A stretch of 64,000 bases of DNA from a phage. Location: the sequence record PZ583739.1, one strand, 5' to 3'. A model generated the notes under the pieces. The model saw nothing but the letters and a program-made list of their open reading frames with translations, had not been told where the DNA came from and searched no databases. The position numbers and the translations under genes are program-made. Shown here one piece after another: positions 10,202-18,894 of the stretch. Numbering within the stretch: the first letter of the stretch is position 1; each line of letters begins with the position of its first letter.

Positions 10202-11734
10202 TTATTTTAACCCGGTCTTTGACCAGTCGCCAAATACATCTTCGAATGTGTCTGCATGGTCTTTATCGAAACGGAACCCTTTGATAATCGGCAGGAACAA
10301 TGCAACCGTATTATCTTTACGAGTCTCGGAAGTCAACCAACCATTACATTCACAGTCAGCAATCATTCCAACCAATTCACCTTTACGGGCTTTAACCATC
10401 AAGGCTTCACGGTCCATTTCATGACGCTCATCAATCGGAATAGAAACCCATTTTTTGGTTTTCTTATCTTTAACTTGAGTTGTGTCTTTAAAACCAGAAC
10501 CACAGTTATTTGTAATCTTACCGCAAGAAGAACGAAGCACAACACCGCCAATCTTATTCGGGTCTTTATCGTGCTCGTAATATCCAATGATTTCCATTGC
10601 AATGTCAATTACTTCTTTGAACTTGTACAAGTTCTTTGAGCGCTTGTTTTCCCAAATCGATGCCATGTTCTTAAGGATAATACCTTCAAGACCTTCATCC
10701 ACATATTTCTTATAGATAACCTTCGCTTCATCGAGATTGTTAACAACATGGTTTTCAATCAGAATCATGCGGTCGAAACCATGCAGCACCACGTTATCTG
10801 CAATCATCTTTTCCAGAACAGCAAAACGCACATCGTATTTCAACGGATTGAGAATCTTAACATCAGAATAGACTTCAATCAGTGGAACATAATCCCAAAC
10901 CTGGAATTTCATACAAGCAGCTTCTGTTGCAGAAATAGTTCCTTTCAATGATTTGTTTGCCAGACCATTTGAAAAGGTTCTTGATTCCGCAGTTTCTTGT
11001 GCAGGGGCAATCTCATCTGTATCGTCAAAAAGGAAGCCCAAACCATCATTCTGGGAAGCTATTTTCTGTTCATGATATACTAACTCGCCGTCAATCAAAA
11101 CGCCCTCAGGATGTCTCTCACGCGCTTCACGGGTAGCTTCAATCAATTCCTTTTTAAGAAGGTCAAGCTTGAGGTATTCGTTGCCAGCTCGGGATAACAA
11201 TCGAACATCATCCAACTCATCACCACGAACTTCTGCGAAACACCGAGCGCCGTCGGCTTTCAATTGCGCAAAGGCCGGGAACTTAATGTTCTTGGCAATA
11301 CCGGCTTCATCATAGGAAGAAGCGAGCATCTGCGGTTGTTCAGGAATTAAACCTTTCCAAACCTTATTTGCAATTGATACGGATGCCCCGCATTCCAGGT
11401 CACGCATCATCACACGGCGAAGAACTTCAACATCTGCTTTTTTACCATCAGCAATATAGCCAGATAATTCCTCGATTGCAGCATTACCTGTTAATTTACG
11501 AGAGGCTAATGTAAATTCGATAAAGTCAAGCATATCATCGATATTCAACATGCCAAAGCTTTGAGACGTTGTCCCAGGTTTTGGCCATTTCTTGATATAG
11601 AACTGGATGCCTTTGGAATATGTCAAACGATACACACGTTTGAGGGTTTCATTGTCAGAATACGATTCCAGAATAGCTTGTTTCTCTTTAGTGGAATCGG
11701 TTGCAGCAATTTCATTTAAAATATCTAAAATCAT
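10202..11734 (-). CDS. 30: ATP-dependent DNA ligase gp30
   Basis: Track start is GTG at 11740; ATG at 11732-11734 with SD AAGAGGTGA gives MILDILNEIA...; ligase KADGAR adenylation motif; about 510 aa. Confidence 0.9.
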   Translation of the reverse strand: MILDILNEIAATDSTKEKQAILESYSDNETLKRVYRLTYSKGIQFYIKKWPKPGTTSQSFGMLNIDDMLDFIEFTLASRKLTGNAAIEELSGYIADGKKADVEVLRRVMMRDLECGASVSIANKVWKGLIPEQPQMLASSYDEAGIAKNIKFPAFAQLKADGARCFAEVRGDELDDVRLLSRAGNEYLKLDLLKKELIEATREARERHPEGVLIDGELVYHEQKIASQNDGLGFLFDDTDEIAPAQETAESRTFSNGLANKSLKGTISATEAACMKFQVWDYVPLIEVYSDVKILNPLKYDVRFAVLEKMIADNVVLHGFDRMILIENHVVNNLDEAKVIYKKYVDEGLEGIILKNMASIWENKRSKNLYKFKEVIDIAMEIIGYYEHDKDPNKIGGVVLRSSCGKITNNCGSGFKDTTQVKDKKTKKWVSIPIDERHEMDREALMVKARKGELVGMIADCECNGWLTSETRKDNTVALFLPIIKGFRFDKDHADTFEDVFGDWSKTGLK

Positions 11735-11743
11735 AATCACCTC

Positions 11744-12022
11744 TTAGTCGTTGGCTCTATTATATGCCACATCTTCCAAAAGCAAATCCAGACGTTTGTG
11801 ATAAGTGAACACAAATTTAGTCGCCCCATCTGGTTTCATTTTAGTCATGAAGTGAACATAGATAAATCCTTGCTCAACACATTCCCGCCAGATTGGGTTA
11901 TCCTTGACCGGATTAATATCAAACGAGTAATTATGATTCACATGACGAATAAACTGGTTAACATGACCGTAATCCATCGTGGTGACTGGACCACGGTCTG
12001 AAATAGTATGAACGACAAACAT
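11744..12022 (-). CDS. hypothetical protein (30.1-like)
   Basis: Track ORF starts at TTG; first ATG at 12020-12022 with SD AGGGGG; ATGA overlap with upstream stop; 92 aa. Confidence 0.45.
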   Translation of the reverse strand: MFVVHTISDRGPVTTMDYGHVNQFIRHVNHNYSFDINPVKDNPIWRECVEQGFIYVHFMTKMKPDGATKFVFTYHKRLDLLLEDVAYNRAND

Positions 12023-12846
12023 CAATTGCCCCCTTGTCCGCCGGTCGGTTGATTGTACCAATATTCAATACCAGTACCCACGCGTGGGCCATATTGATAT
12101 GGATATGCTGGATTATAACCAGGAGTCCACGGTTGTCCAGGCTGCCAGCCCTGCTGCATTTGTTGCTGAAGACGGCGAGTTTCACGAAACAGCTCTTCCA
12201 GTTTACGGAGTTCATCTGGGGTGAATTCTGGTTTGACTGGTTCATCTTTGTGTTTCAGTTTAAGCTGTCCGGCTACATCGTCCCAATTAAAAACTTTGGA
12301 AGCTGTTTTAGGAATAGCATCACGTTCGCCGCGGGCCATCCAATAAACCGGGACTTCAAGAATTTCACTCGCATGGTCGCAATGGTGTGCAAGGTCATCA
12401 ATATAACAAATGACATTATATTTGTCTTTTGCCTTCTGAAATAACTCCTCTTTAGAGGCTGTATGGCCGCACATCATCACTTCTTTAAATGCGCCAGGGA
12501 ACAAAGCGTTCAGGTTGAATTGACGATTCAGACGGGCATCAATGGAATCACCCAGAGCCGTAACAGCCACAAAATCATATTGCTCTTTGAGGTTATTAAT
12601 AACCCTTAACGCATCCGTGTAAGGAGACAAATAGCGAATAAAATCTGAACAGTTATATTTCTCAATCAACTGTGCTCCCAACTCTTCATCACAATTGAAC
12701 AGTTTACCAGGGGTCACAAATTTTTCATCCTGAATCATTTTAAGGATATGTTCCAGGGGTAAATTATATTTTTGAGCGAAATAAGGCAAGCCTGACTGCC
12801 ATGACAAACATACGCCATCAATATCTGTTAAAATAACGGGTTTCAT
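12022..12846 (-). CDS. HAD-superfamily phosphatase-like protein with Q/P/G/Y-rich C-terminal tail (30.2-like)
   Basis: 274 aa; N-terminal ILTDIDGV (HAD motif I DxDG); last about 50 aa are low complexity QQQMQQGWQPGQPWTPGYNPAYPYQYGP...GGQGGN. Confidence 0.55.
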   Translation of the reverse strand: MKPVILTDIDGVCLSWQSGLPYFAQKYNLPLEHILKMIQDEKFVTPGKLFNCDEELGAQLIEKYNCSDFIRYLSPYTDALRVINNLKEQYDFVAVTALGDSIDARLNRQFNLNALFPGAFKEVMMCGHTASKEELFQKAKDKYNVICYIDDLAHHCDHASEILEVPVYWMARGERDAIPKTASKVFNWDDVAGQLKLKHKDEPVKPEFTPDELRKLEELFRETRRLQQQMQQGWQPGQPWTPGYNPAYPYQYGPRVGTGIEYWYNQPTGGQGGN

Positions 12847-13301
12847 AATGCATCTCTCAATTGGTTAAGTATGTCAATAAATTCTTGTTCAGTCAATATT
12901 GTATCATGAACAGTAAGGTGGCTCGCCATCGAATGCTTTAAAACTTTGCCCTTTGTAGCTTGTAATGCGTCGCGGAATCCTTTGTTTTGGAGCGCTGCTT
13001 CAAAATAAGCATTTGTATACAACTCTTTCCATGATGCAGAGTATCTTGAAAAGGGAATTCCAAGCCAGAAAAGCGTCCCACGGTCCGCAGCTCTTGCATA
13101 AGCTCTTCCACTTTGCTGGGCGGCCAATCCGGACATCCCAAATATACGTTTTTGTTGTTCATTATTTCTCACCTTGCACCCTTGTAGGAAGCATTCAAGA
13201 CCCCCAAACTGGATACCCTCCATAACAAAAGGCCATTTAGCAAAGTTACTTAATGCACATGATGGCCACGGAAAATTACTTCTGATTTCTAACTCAGACA
13301 T
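12843..13301 (-). CDS. NADAR/YbiA-like protein (30.3-like)
   Basis: First ATG at 13299-13301 (track start is GTG); FPWPSCALSNFAKWPFVMEGIQFGGLECFLQGCK resembles NADAR family signature by eye; 152 aa. Confidence 0.5.
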   Translation of the reverse strand: MSELEIRSNFPWPSCALSNFAKWPFVMEGIQFGGLECFLQGCKVRNNEQQKRIFGMSGLAAQQSGRAYARAADRGTLFWLGIPFSRYSASWKELYTNAYFEAALQNKGFRDALQATKGKVLKHSMASHLTVHDTILTEQEFIDILNQLRDAL

Positions 13302-13506
13302 CTTTGACACTGATAATATCTACATCAGCCCAATGACCATAACCAGGTAGACGGTCTTTAATAGATAATCCACCGTCAGATTTCAGCATTTTAATTGTTT
13401 TAGTATATGGTTCAATATTTCGGGCCCATGGGCTCACGTCTGTTACACGATAAGTAACTTCAACCATTTCTGTGCCCAAAATTTTCTGAATCAGTTTCTT
13501 AAACAT
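13294..13506 (-). CDS. hypothetical protein
   Basis: 70 aa ORF packed in the minus-strand early gene run with short overlaps to its neighbours. Confidence 0.45.
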   Translation of the reverse strand: MFKKLIQKILGTEMVEVTYRVTDVSPWARNIEPYTKTIKMLKSDGGLSIKDRLPGYGHWADVDIISVKDV

Positions 13507-13507
13507 A

Positions 13508-13702
13508 TTATCCTCGCTTTAAGCATTTGATTACAGACAACTCACCACCCATGCGAACGTCTTCAGTTCCATCAACCCACAAGACTGCATATGCTTCTTT
13601 AATTCGGGTATTGCCTAATTTAAACGCAGGCAGGACCTTTGAAATCATTCCAGGAATACCCACACCTTTTAACTGAACTGTTTGTGATAAGAATAGTTGC
13701 AT
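13508..13702 (-). CDS. hypothetical protein
   Basis: 64 aa ORF, tightly packed in the same operon. Confidence 0.4.
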   Translation of the reverse strand: MQLFLSQTVQLKGVGIPGMISKVLPAFKLGNTRIKEAYAVLWVDGTEDVRMGGELSVIKCLKRG

Positions 13703-13989
13703 TAGAACCTCGTCAGGAAACCGCGTGATTTAACATTACCGCCATTAATATCAGATGAATTAATTTCCCGCGCCGCAATTGGGTCAATATCAATGTCGCG
13801 TCTAAGCTTGGTGATTGCCAGAGTATCACGTCCATTAACAGTCCTGAATTCAACTGGGCAAACTACATCAACATAGTTCTTAATGGAATCGCGTGTTGGT
13901 TCACACCCAGCAGGAACATTAGGGCCTTTTTTAGAGAAAACAACTTCACAGAAATTTTTACGTGTATCAAAGTAAGTAGTCATAAACAT
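13702..13989 (-). CDS. hypothetical protein
   Basis: 95 aa ORF, tightly packed in the same operon. Confidence 0.4.
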   Translation of the reverse strand: MFMTTYFDTRKNFCEVVFSKKGPNVPAGCEPTRDSIKNYVDVVCPVEFRTVNGRDTLAITKLRRDIDIDPIAAREINSSDINGGNVKSRGFLTRF

Positions 13990-14030
13990 AGTATTTTCCT
14001 CAAGGGGCTTTCGCCCCCCCCCATTTAAGA

Positions 14031-14396
14031 TTAGATATCAAATTCATTAAGAACTACATCAAAGATTGCTTCCAGGTGTTCAGGTTTTGCTTTGTTGCTC
14101 AGGATGTGACGAATCCAAGTTTTAACCAGAAGCTTGCGATTAACACCATTCCAGCAAGGATGAGTCCCTAAATCACGTTCACGGAAATCATCATCTAAAG
14201 CAATTTTAAAAGTTGAACCAGTCATAGTGATTGAAAGAGTGATACCATTTTCAAATCGCATATAAACGTAGTTAGGAGTCATATACTGTTCAATTTCGCA
14301 CACTGAACCATTTTTATGTTTCCATAAGCAAATAAATTCAGAAGAACCTGGGATGCAGTTAGAAACATATTTGCGTTCAAAGTTGATGTAGTTCAT
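14031..14396 (-). CDS. hypothetical protein
   Basis: 121 aa ORF preceded by a promoter/hairpin element at 14400-14460. Confidence 0.5.
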   Translation of the reverse strand: MNYINFERKYVSNCIPGSSEFICLWKHKNGSVCEIEQYMTPNYVYMRFENGITLSITMTGSTFKIALDDDFRERDLGTHPCWNGVNRKLLVKTWIRHILSNKAKPEHLEAIFDVVLNEFDI

Positions 14397-14467
14397 TTTA
14401 TTCTCCAGTTGTTTTCATTTGTTGGTACAGGTCTATAATATCATAACCTGTACCAAAGTAAACTGTT

Positions 14468-14836
14468 TTATGCGACTTTAATCCAATTATCTAAATTTAA
14501 TTCACCCTTAGCTTTCATTTTTTCAATCAAATCATCAGCAGTAGTGCGACCATTTTGATACCATGTAACATCTTCAGAATAACCAGTTTCTTCATCTTCA
14601 TAGGTCTTACAACGAATCTTACCAAGAATCAAAGTTTTCAGTTCGTAGGTATCACCAGTAAAAAAGTTTGTTACCATAATTTTCCAAGAGAAGTCATCAG
14701 AAGGACCTTCTGGAGTCATACAAGAAACGAATTCAAATTGTTCTTTATACAAGTGCCATTGCATTTCTTTAGTTTCAATGGCTTTGTAACCGTCGTGGTC
14801 TTTACCTTTGATGTATGAGTTAAGATTGATTTTCAT
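14468..14836 (-). CDS. hypothetical protein
   Basis: 122 aa; ATG preceded by the conserved leader ...actggagaataaaATG shared with three other loci. Confidence 0.5.
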   Translation of the reverse strand: MKINLNSYIKGKDHDGYKAIETKEMQWHLYKEQFEFVSCMTPEGPSDDFSWKIMVTNFFTGDTYELKTLILGKIRCKTYEDEETGYSEDVTWYQNGRTTADDLIEKMKAKGELNLDNWIKVA

Positions 14837-14877
14837 TTTATTCTCCAGTGTTTTATTGTGTAACTCAGTATGGAATC

Positions 14878-14907
14878 ATTATGCACTGGTCAAACCCTGT
14901 TGTAAAC
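14878..14907 (-). promoter_or_regulatory. early promoter (GTTTAC / CATAAT) with conserved leader
   Basis: Minus strand GTTTAC, 18 nt, CATAAT, followed by the leader gattccatactgagttacacaat...ggagaataaaATG. Confidence 0.5.
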
Positions 14908-14918
14908 CCCTTTATGGA

Positions 14919-14948
14919 AAATAAAAAAGGGACTCCGAAGAGTCCCTG
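14919..14948 (-). terminator. rho-independent terminator
   Basis: gggactc-ttcg-gagtccc hairpin plus T-run on the minus strand after the small ORF 14952..15113. Confidence 0.6.
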
Positions 14949-14951
14949 AAC

Positions 14952-15113
14952 TTATGCTTTCGGCTTACCAAAGCAAGCTGCATCGGCACGCAATACCGCA
15001 CGAGCACGAGCCTGAAGTTTATCAGTTACCTGATTGATTCGCTGGTTGGACGCACGCTTGTAACCAGCGCGTTTGGAGGAGCCATCAACAACTTTAACTT
15101 CTTTCTTAGCCAT
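14952..15113 (-). CDS. small basic protein (53 aa), not in the ORF track
   Basis: ATG at 15111-15113; translation MAKKEVKVVDGSSKRAGYKRASNQRINQVTDKLQARARAVLRADAACFGKPKA; followed by terminator. Confidence 0.4.
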   Translation of the reverse strand: MAKKEVKVVDGSSKRAGYKRASNQRINQVTDKLQARARAVLRADAACFGKPKA

Positions 15114-15144
15114 ATTAAATTCTCTTTAAAATAGAATGCAGGAC

Positions 15145-15435
15145 TTATTGACATTGCCTGCGCAAGCCCTCAAGGGGGAACATAGGTTTTGTATATTTAA
15201 CGACAGGATAACCATAAACCTCGTCATCATACCAACCACGACTTAGACAGATAACCTTTTTCTGACGCGTGATAGTACAAAATACATTCAAGAGGTACAC
15301 CACAAAATTATCGGGGTCTAAAACTATAATGATTCGCAAACCATTAATCAGATAATTCGGTGGCTCCTCGGATGATATTAAAGACAATATACAAGCAGGT
15401 ATCATATTATAGTGGAGGTACCTGCCAACATCCAC
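15145..15435 (-). CDS. questionable ORF
   Basis: 96 aa ORF in a region that may be largely regulatory; no clear SD; composition not convincing. Confidence 0.2.
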   Translation of the reverse strand: MDVGRYLHYNMIPACILSLISSEEPPNYLINGLRIIIVLDPDNFVVYLLNVFCTITRQKKVICLSRGWYDDEVYGYPVVKYTKPMFPLEGLRRQCQ

Positions 15436-15442
15436 CTAAAGC

Positions 15443-15697
15443 TTACTTCAGGGTTACGACAAAATGGCGAACAGCTTTACGGGCAGCAGATGCCAGTGGC
15501 TTAGCAAATTTCAGTTCATCTTTTGCTTCGAGCACTGCGCGAAGGTCGGTTTGAACCGGGTTAAGATGTTTGAAATACTGCAGAATTTCCAGTGCTTCGG
15601 CTTCAACATCAATAGATGCGCCGTAGTTTTCGTGACCGTTATTCCATGCAGTGCGTTGCAGTTCAAGAGCGTGTTGTAATTGTTTGTTTAAAGACAT
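15443..15697 (-). CDS. rIII: rIII lysis-inhibition accessory protein
   Basis: Track ORF starts at TTG; first ATG at 15695-15697 gives an 84 aa protein (T4 RIII is 82 aa); position between the 30.x genes and gene 31 as in T4. Confidence 0.55.
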   Translation of the reverse strand: MSLNKQLQHALELQRTAWNNGHENYGASIDVEAEALEILQYFKHLNPVQTDLRAVLEAKDELKFAKPLASAARKAVRHFVVTLK

Positions 15698-15851
15698 TTT
15701 AGAAGCCTCAATATGAGGTGAATATTTGGTGGACACGTTCTTCTGAATTTCACTTCCTTTCGGCAAGTCTCTCAGTTGTAGTCCACCGTTTAGGATTAGC
15801 TAACCCCATACACCAGCAAAGCTCTGTATGACATCAACCAATCCATATTAT

Positions 15852-15859
15852 TATTTATA
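15852..15859 (-). promoter_or_regulatory. T4-type late promoter (TATAAATA) upstream of rIII
   Basis: Minus strand TATAAATA about 155 nt upstream of the rIII ATG. Confidence 0.45.
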
Positions 15860-15868
15860 ACGCTAATT

Positions 15869-16216
15869 TTACTTATAAAGACAAGGAACAGCTTTATAAT
15901 GACAGGTCACAAATTTCTGCTTAACTTCTTTAGCCTGCTTAAGTCCCAGAGCAACCAGAGGATGTGGAACGTTTGCAATCTTGCCAACCGGAAGAGGAGT
16001 CAAATCACCCACTTCACAGAAACCTTCAGGAACATCCGGACCAATCGAAAATACTTCACACATCTCTGGGATTTCACCCTGATGGAGTTTTCCGATAACG
16101 ATACCTGATGCCGTAGTTTCTTCATCACCAGCTTGCTTTGGCTCAGAAACCAAAATAATATATTCACCTACTGCTTTAATTGGTAATTCCATATTTAATC
16201 CATGTTGTTTGGTCAT
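15869..16216 (-). CDS. 31: co-chaperonin gp31 (GroES-like)
   Basis: [16 protein letters not shown]...[14 protein letters not shown] matches T4 gp31; alternative ATG at 16190-16192 may be the true start. Confidence 0.8.
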   Translation of the reverse strand: MTKQHGLNMELPIKAVGEYIILVSEPKQAGDEETTASGIVIGKLHQGEIPEMCEVFSIGPDVPEGFCEVGDLTPLPVGKIANVPHPLVALGLKQAKEVKQKFVTCHYKAVPCLYK

Positions 16217-16222
16217 GTATTA

Positions 16223-16247
16223 ATAATAACACGCACCGTTTGAAGCA
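16223..16247 (-). promoter_or_regulatory. MotA-box middle promoter for gene 31
   Basis: Minus strand aaTGCTTCA, 12 nt, TATTAT, just upstream of the gene 31 start. Confidence 0.45.
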
Positions 16248-16547
16248 TTAAAGGACAAGCAGAGTCTCGGTCTGTAGCCCATTCACGGAAATCAATTTAT
16301 TGAAACAGAATGAACGCCATTCATTAAGCTTGGTATCAAATACCCGGATATAGCTAACTGGTTCTTTATTGGCTTCTGGTCCAGGGGCCTGGATTTCTTT
16401 ATACGGTAGCAGGTCCAGGTCGCGAGTACAAGTCATACGACGGATGCTACCATCTGCTTTTTCAAACAGAACTTCGTGAAAACCAACAGACAAAATAGTC
16501 TTGACTTTTTCACGGAGACGAATTGTTTCTTGTTCAGTTAAAATCAT
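16248..16547 (-). CDS. hypothetical protein
   Basis: 99 aa ORF between gene 31 and cd. Confidence 0.45.
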   Translation of the reverse strand: MILTEQETIRLREKVKTILSVGFHEVLFEKADGSIRRMTCTRDLDLLPYKEIQAPGPEANKEPVSYIRVFDTKLNEWRSFCFNKLISVNGLQTETLLVL

Positions 16548-16549
16548 AA

Positions 16550-16783
16550 TTATTCCAGAATAGTTTTGATAGTGGTTGCATTACGCTCTTTTAGAGCTCT
16601 TAATAGGCTATGGCAATTATCAAGAATAGGCACCGTTTTATATTTCATTTCGGGGCGAACCCACTCGGATTTATAGTACGATTTCCAACGAGAGAAAAAG
16701 TATTTTTTATATTCTACTGAATAGGCTACCAGGTTTTCACCTTTTGAGTTCAGACCTGAAAACTTAACTAGACGAAATTTCAT
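16550..16783 (-). CDS. hypothetical protein
   Basis: 77 aa ORF, 2 nt after the neighbouring gene. Confidence 0.45.
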   Translation of the reverse strand: MKFRLVKFSGLNSKGENLVAYSVEYKKYFFSRWKSYYKSEWVRPEMKYKTVPILDNCHSLLRALKERNATTIKTILE

Positions 16784-17364
16784 TATTCACCACAAAATTC
16801 GTTAATGTTTTCCCAGTTCAATTTGTCTAGACTACGCTTAGGCACATTGAACACCTCAATTCCCGCGTTCTTCAGGATATCATCCCAACCAGGAATATTC
16901 TTATCATACGTTTCACAGTAAACCAATTTCTTGATTCCTGATTGAGAAATTGCCTTTGCACAATCAGGACAAGGAGAAAGCGTCACATACATAGTAGCGC
17001 CTTCAATTGACGAACCCATTCTGGCTGCGAACAGAATCGCATTAAGCTCAGCATGAATTTCGTTGTTCTTTGACCATGCAGAATGTTCTTCGCGATGAGC
17101 TTTCGCCAATACAAAACGGTCAACCTGACTGAATCTCACGCATTCTGGCTTATGACCAGGGATGAGAACAGGTTTAGGTTTATTCAGTAACCAACCTTGC
17201 TCTTCCGCATGCTCGCAACAGTTAACCCCACCTGCAGGGGAACCATTATACCCTGTAGAAATAATGCGGCCATTCTTTTCAATAACAGCTCCCACTTTCC
17301 AGGAGCAACATTTGGATTCTTGAGATACAAGGTATGCGATTTGCAGAACAGTAGTTGGTTTCAT
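16783..17364 (-). CDS. cd: dCMP deaminase
   Basis: 193 aa (same as T4 Cd); zinc-binding CCEHAE and PCPDC motifs of the cytidine/dCMP deaminase family. Confidence 0.9.
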   Translation of the reverse strand: MKPTTVLQIAYLVSQESKCCSWKVGAVIEKNGRIISTGYNGSPAGGVNCCEHAEEQGWLLNKPKPVLIPGHKPECVRFSQVDRFVLAKAHREEHSAWSKNNEIHAELNAILFAARMGSSIEGATMYVTLSPCPDCAKAISQSGIKKLVYCETYDKNIPGWDDILKNAGIEVFNVPKRSLDKLNWENINEFCGE

Positions 17365-17700
17365 TTACATCACCACGAGATAATTGGTTTTAATAGTTTC
17401 AACACGATATAATTCATGTCGCAATTTAGTAATGCTCTTAACATGTGTTGTAATTATACTATCACCGTCGCTGAAGCGTTTTTTCTTATCGCCAAAAATC
17501 ACCCCAAACATTCGCTCACCAATTTCTACAGGAGCTTCTGTGATAACAACCGCATCATAATTACTTGGGTGAATACTTTTAAACAGAGCATCATTCACAA
17601 GCGTTACTTTGATAAATGCAGCTGTCTCCGGGTCCAACTTACGATGGTCACCCAAATCATTTTTAAGTGCTTCCTGAAAAATATCCATTAAATTCATCAT
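17365..17700 (-). CDS. hypothetical protein
   Basis: 111 aa ORF contiguous with cd. Confidence 0.45.
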   Translation of the reverse strand: MMNLMDIFQEALKNDLGDHRKLDPETAAFIKVTLVNDALFKSIHPSNYDAVVITEAPVEIGERMFGVIFGDKKKRFSDGDSIITTHVKSITKLRHELYRVETIKTNYLVVM

Positions 17701-17942
17701 TGAATATACACTCGCTGCGCTTCAACCAGACCGTCAGAACCCAATTTCAGTTGGGTCAACTGGTCACCACCTTTTAGAGTAATTTTCGGATTAATGACAA
17801 TCATAAAACTGCGTGCAGATTCCTGAATAACTTGCAAAGTCGCAGCAGGGAATCGCTGTGATACGCGGTTAATCATCTCTTGAGCAAATGCCTTCACTTT
17901 TTCGTGGAACTCTTCAACAGTAATTGGGGTTTCGCTAAGCAT
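17697..17942 (-). CDS. hypothetical protein
   Basis: 81 aa ORF with 4-nt overlap to its neighbour. Confidence 0.45.
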   Translation of the reverse strand: MLSETPITVEEFHEKVKAFAQEMINRVSQRFPAATLQVIQESARSFMIVINPKITLKGGDQLTQLKLGSDGLVEAQRVYIQ

Positions 17943-18484
17943 CAGATTGTCTCCTGTTTTACTTGTTTAACGATAGAAGCTTTTGTGATATCGCCTTTGA
18001 TAATATAGCAATCTTCAACAGTACCACGGTTTAACAGACGCTCTGCTTCGCCTTCCGCATATTCTTTTGACACATGACGAGAGTTAATCTCAATCTTGCC
18101 ATTTTTAACCACAAGCAATTTCCAAACTGATGCAAGTTTTACTGGCACAGGTTCAACTTCTGGCTTAACACCAACTTCTGCCTGGATGAAATAATCAAAT
18201 TCATCAGACAATGGACCAGCAGAAACAAACATTGCCCCATGATGCCTGTTCTGTGTGCCAGATATTTTTGGCAAATCCACAAAATCATTTTCATCAATCA
18301 AACGAATCTCACAAACTTTTTTACCGCCGCTGATGTCATCGGATAAAATCTTAACTTCAAACGGAGTCATACCGATGTATCCAGCAATTTGGTAATTGGC
18401 TGCCCAGCCTCCGGCAATAAACTGTTTTTTGGCATTTTCAGATACAAATTTGTAAAACTTACCTTCTTCAAAGAAATCGCTCAT
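17942..18484 (-). CDS. hypothetical protein
   Basis: 180 aa; ATG preceded by leader catgaggaaaacaaaATG and an early promoter. Confidence 0.5.
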   Translation of the reverse strand: MSDFFEEGKFYKFVSENAKKQFIAGGWAANYQIAGYIGMTPFEVKILSDDISGGKKVCEIRLIDENDFVDLPKISGTQNRHHGAMFVSAGPLSDEFDYFIQAEVGVKPEVEPVPVKLASVWKLLVVKNGKIEINSRHVSKEYAEGEAERLLNRGTVEDCYIIKGDITKASIVKQVKQETI

Positions 18485-18513
18485 TTTGTTTTCCTCATGT
18501 GTTGATGAAATTC

Positions 18514-18542
18514 ATTATACACCATCCATGGTGAAAGTAAAC
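18514..18542 (-). promoter_or_regulatory. early promoter (GTTTAC / TATAAT)
   Basis: Minus strand GTTTAC, 17 nt, TATAAT, then leader ...catgaggaaaacaaaATG. Confidence 0.6.
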
Positions 18543-18544
18543 AC

Positions 18545-18823
18545 TTAAATTGCTTCGACAACTACCGTTTGTTTCTGGAAGTCCATTTTGCATGAAATAG
18601 CCAAAATATGGTTATCAATTTTAAATGGAACAATTGCAAATGCTGCACCAGGCGTGAGTTGAACAGTGATTGCATCAACTGCATCCGGGAACATGATTTC
18701 CAGAATAGCAGACAAACGACCGTGCACTTTTAGTTCAGTCGACACGTCGACGCTTTCGTATAGATAATCAGATACAATCTGACTAAAAAGTACTTTAACA
18801 ATTTCAGAATATGTAGGAAACAT
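18545..18823 (-). CDS. hypothetical protein
   Basis: 92 aa ORF. Confidence 0.45.
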   Translation of the reverse strand: MFPTYSEIVKVLFSQIVSDYLYESVDVSTELKVHGRLSAILEIMFPDAVDAITVQLTPGAAFAIVPFKIDNHILAISCKMDFQKQTVVVEAI

Positions 18824-18894
18824 TTCTTTTCTCGCTTAGTTATTGGGGTATCCAAAGGACCTAGACCCCATTATATCATAAAATTTTTAAAGCG

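Noticed and set aside
15145-15435. Possible non-coding RNA or tRNA in the gene-poor stretch between the small basic ORF and rIII
   Set aside because: No cloverleaf-compatible stems or conserved tRNA boxes seen by eye; kept only as a low-confidence ORF.
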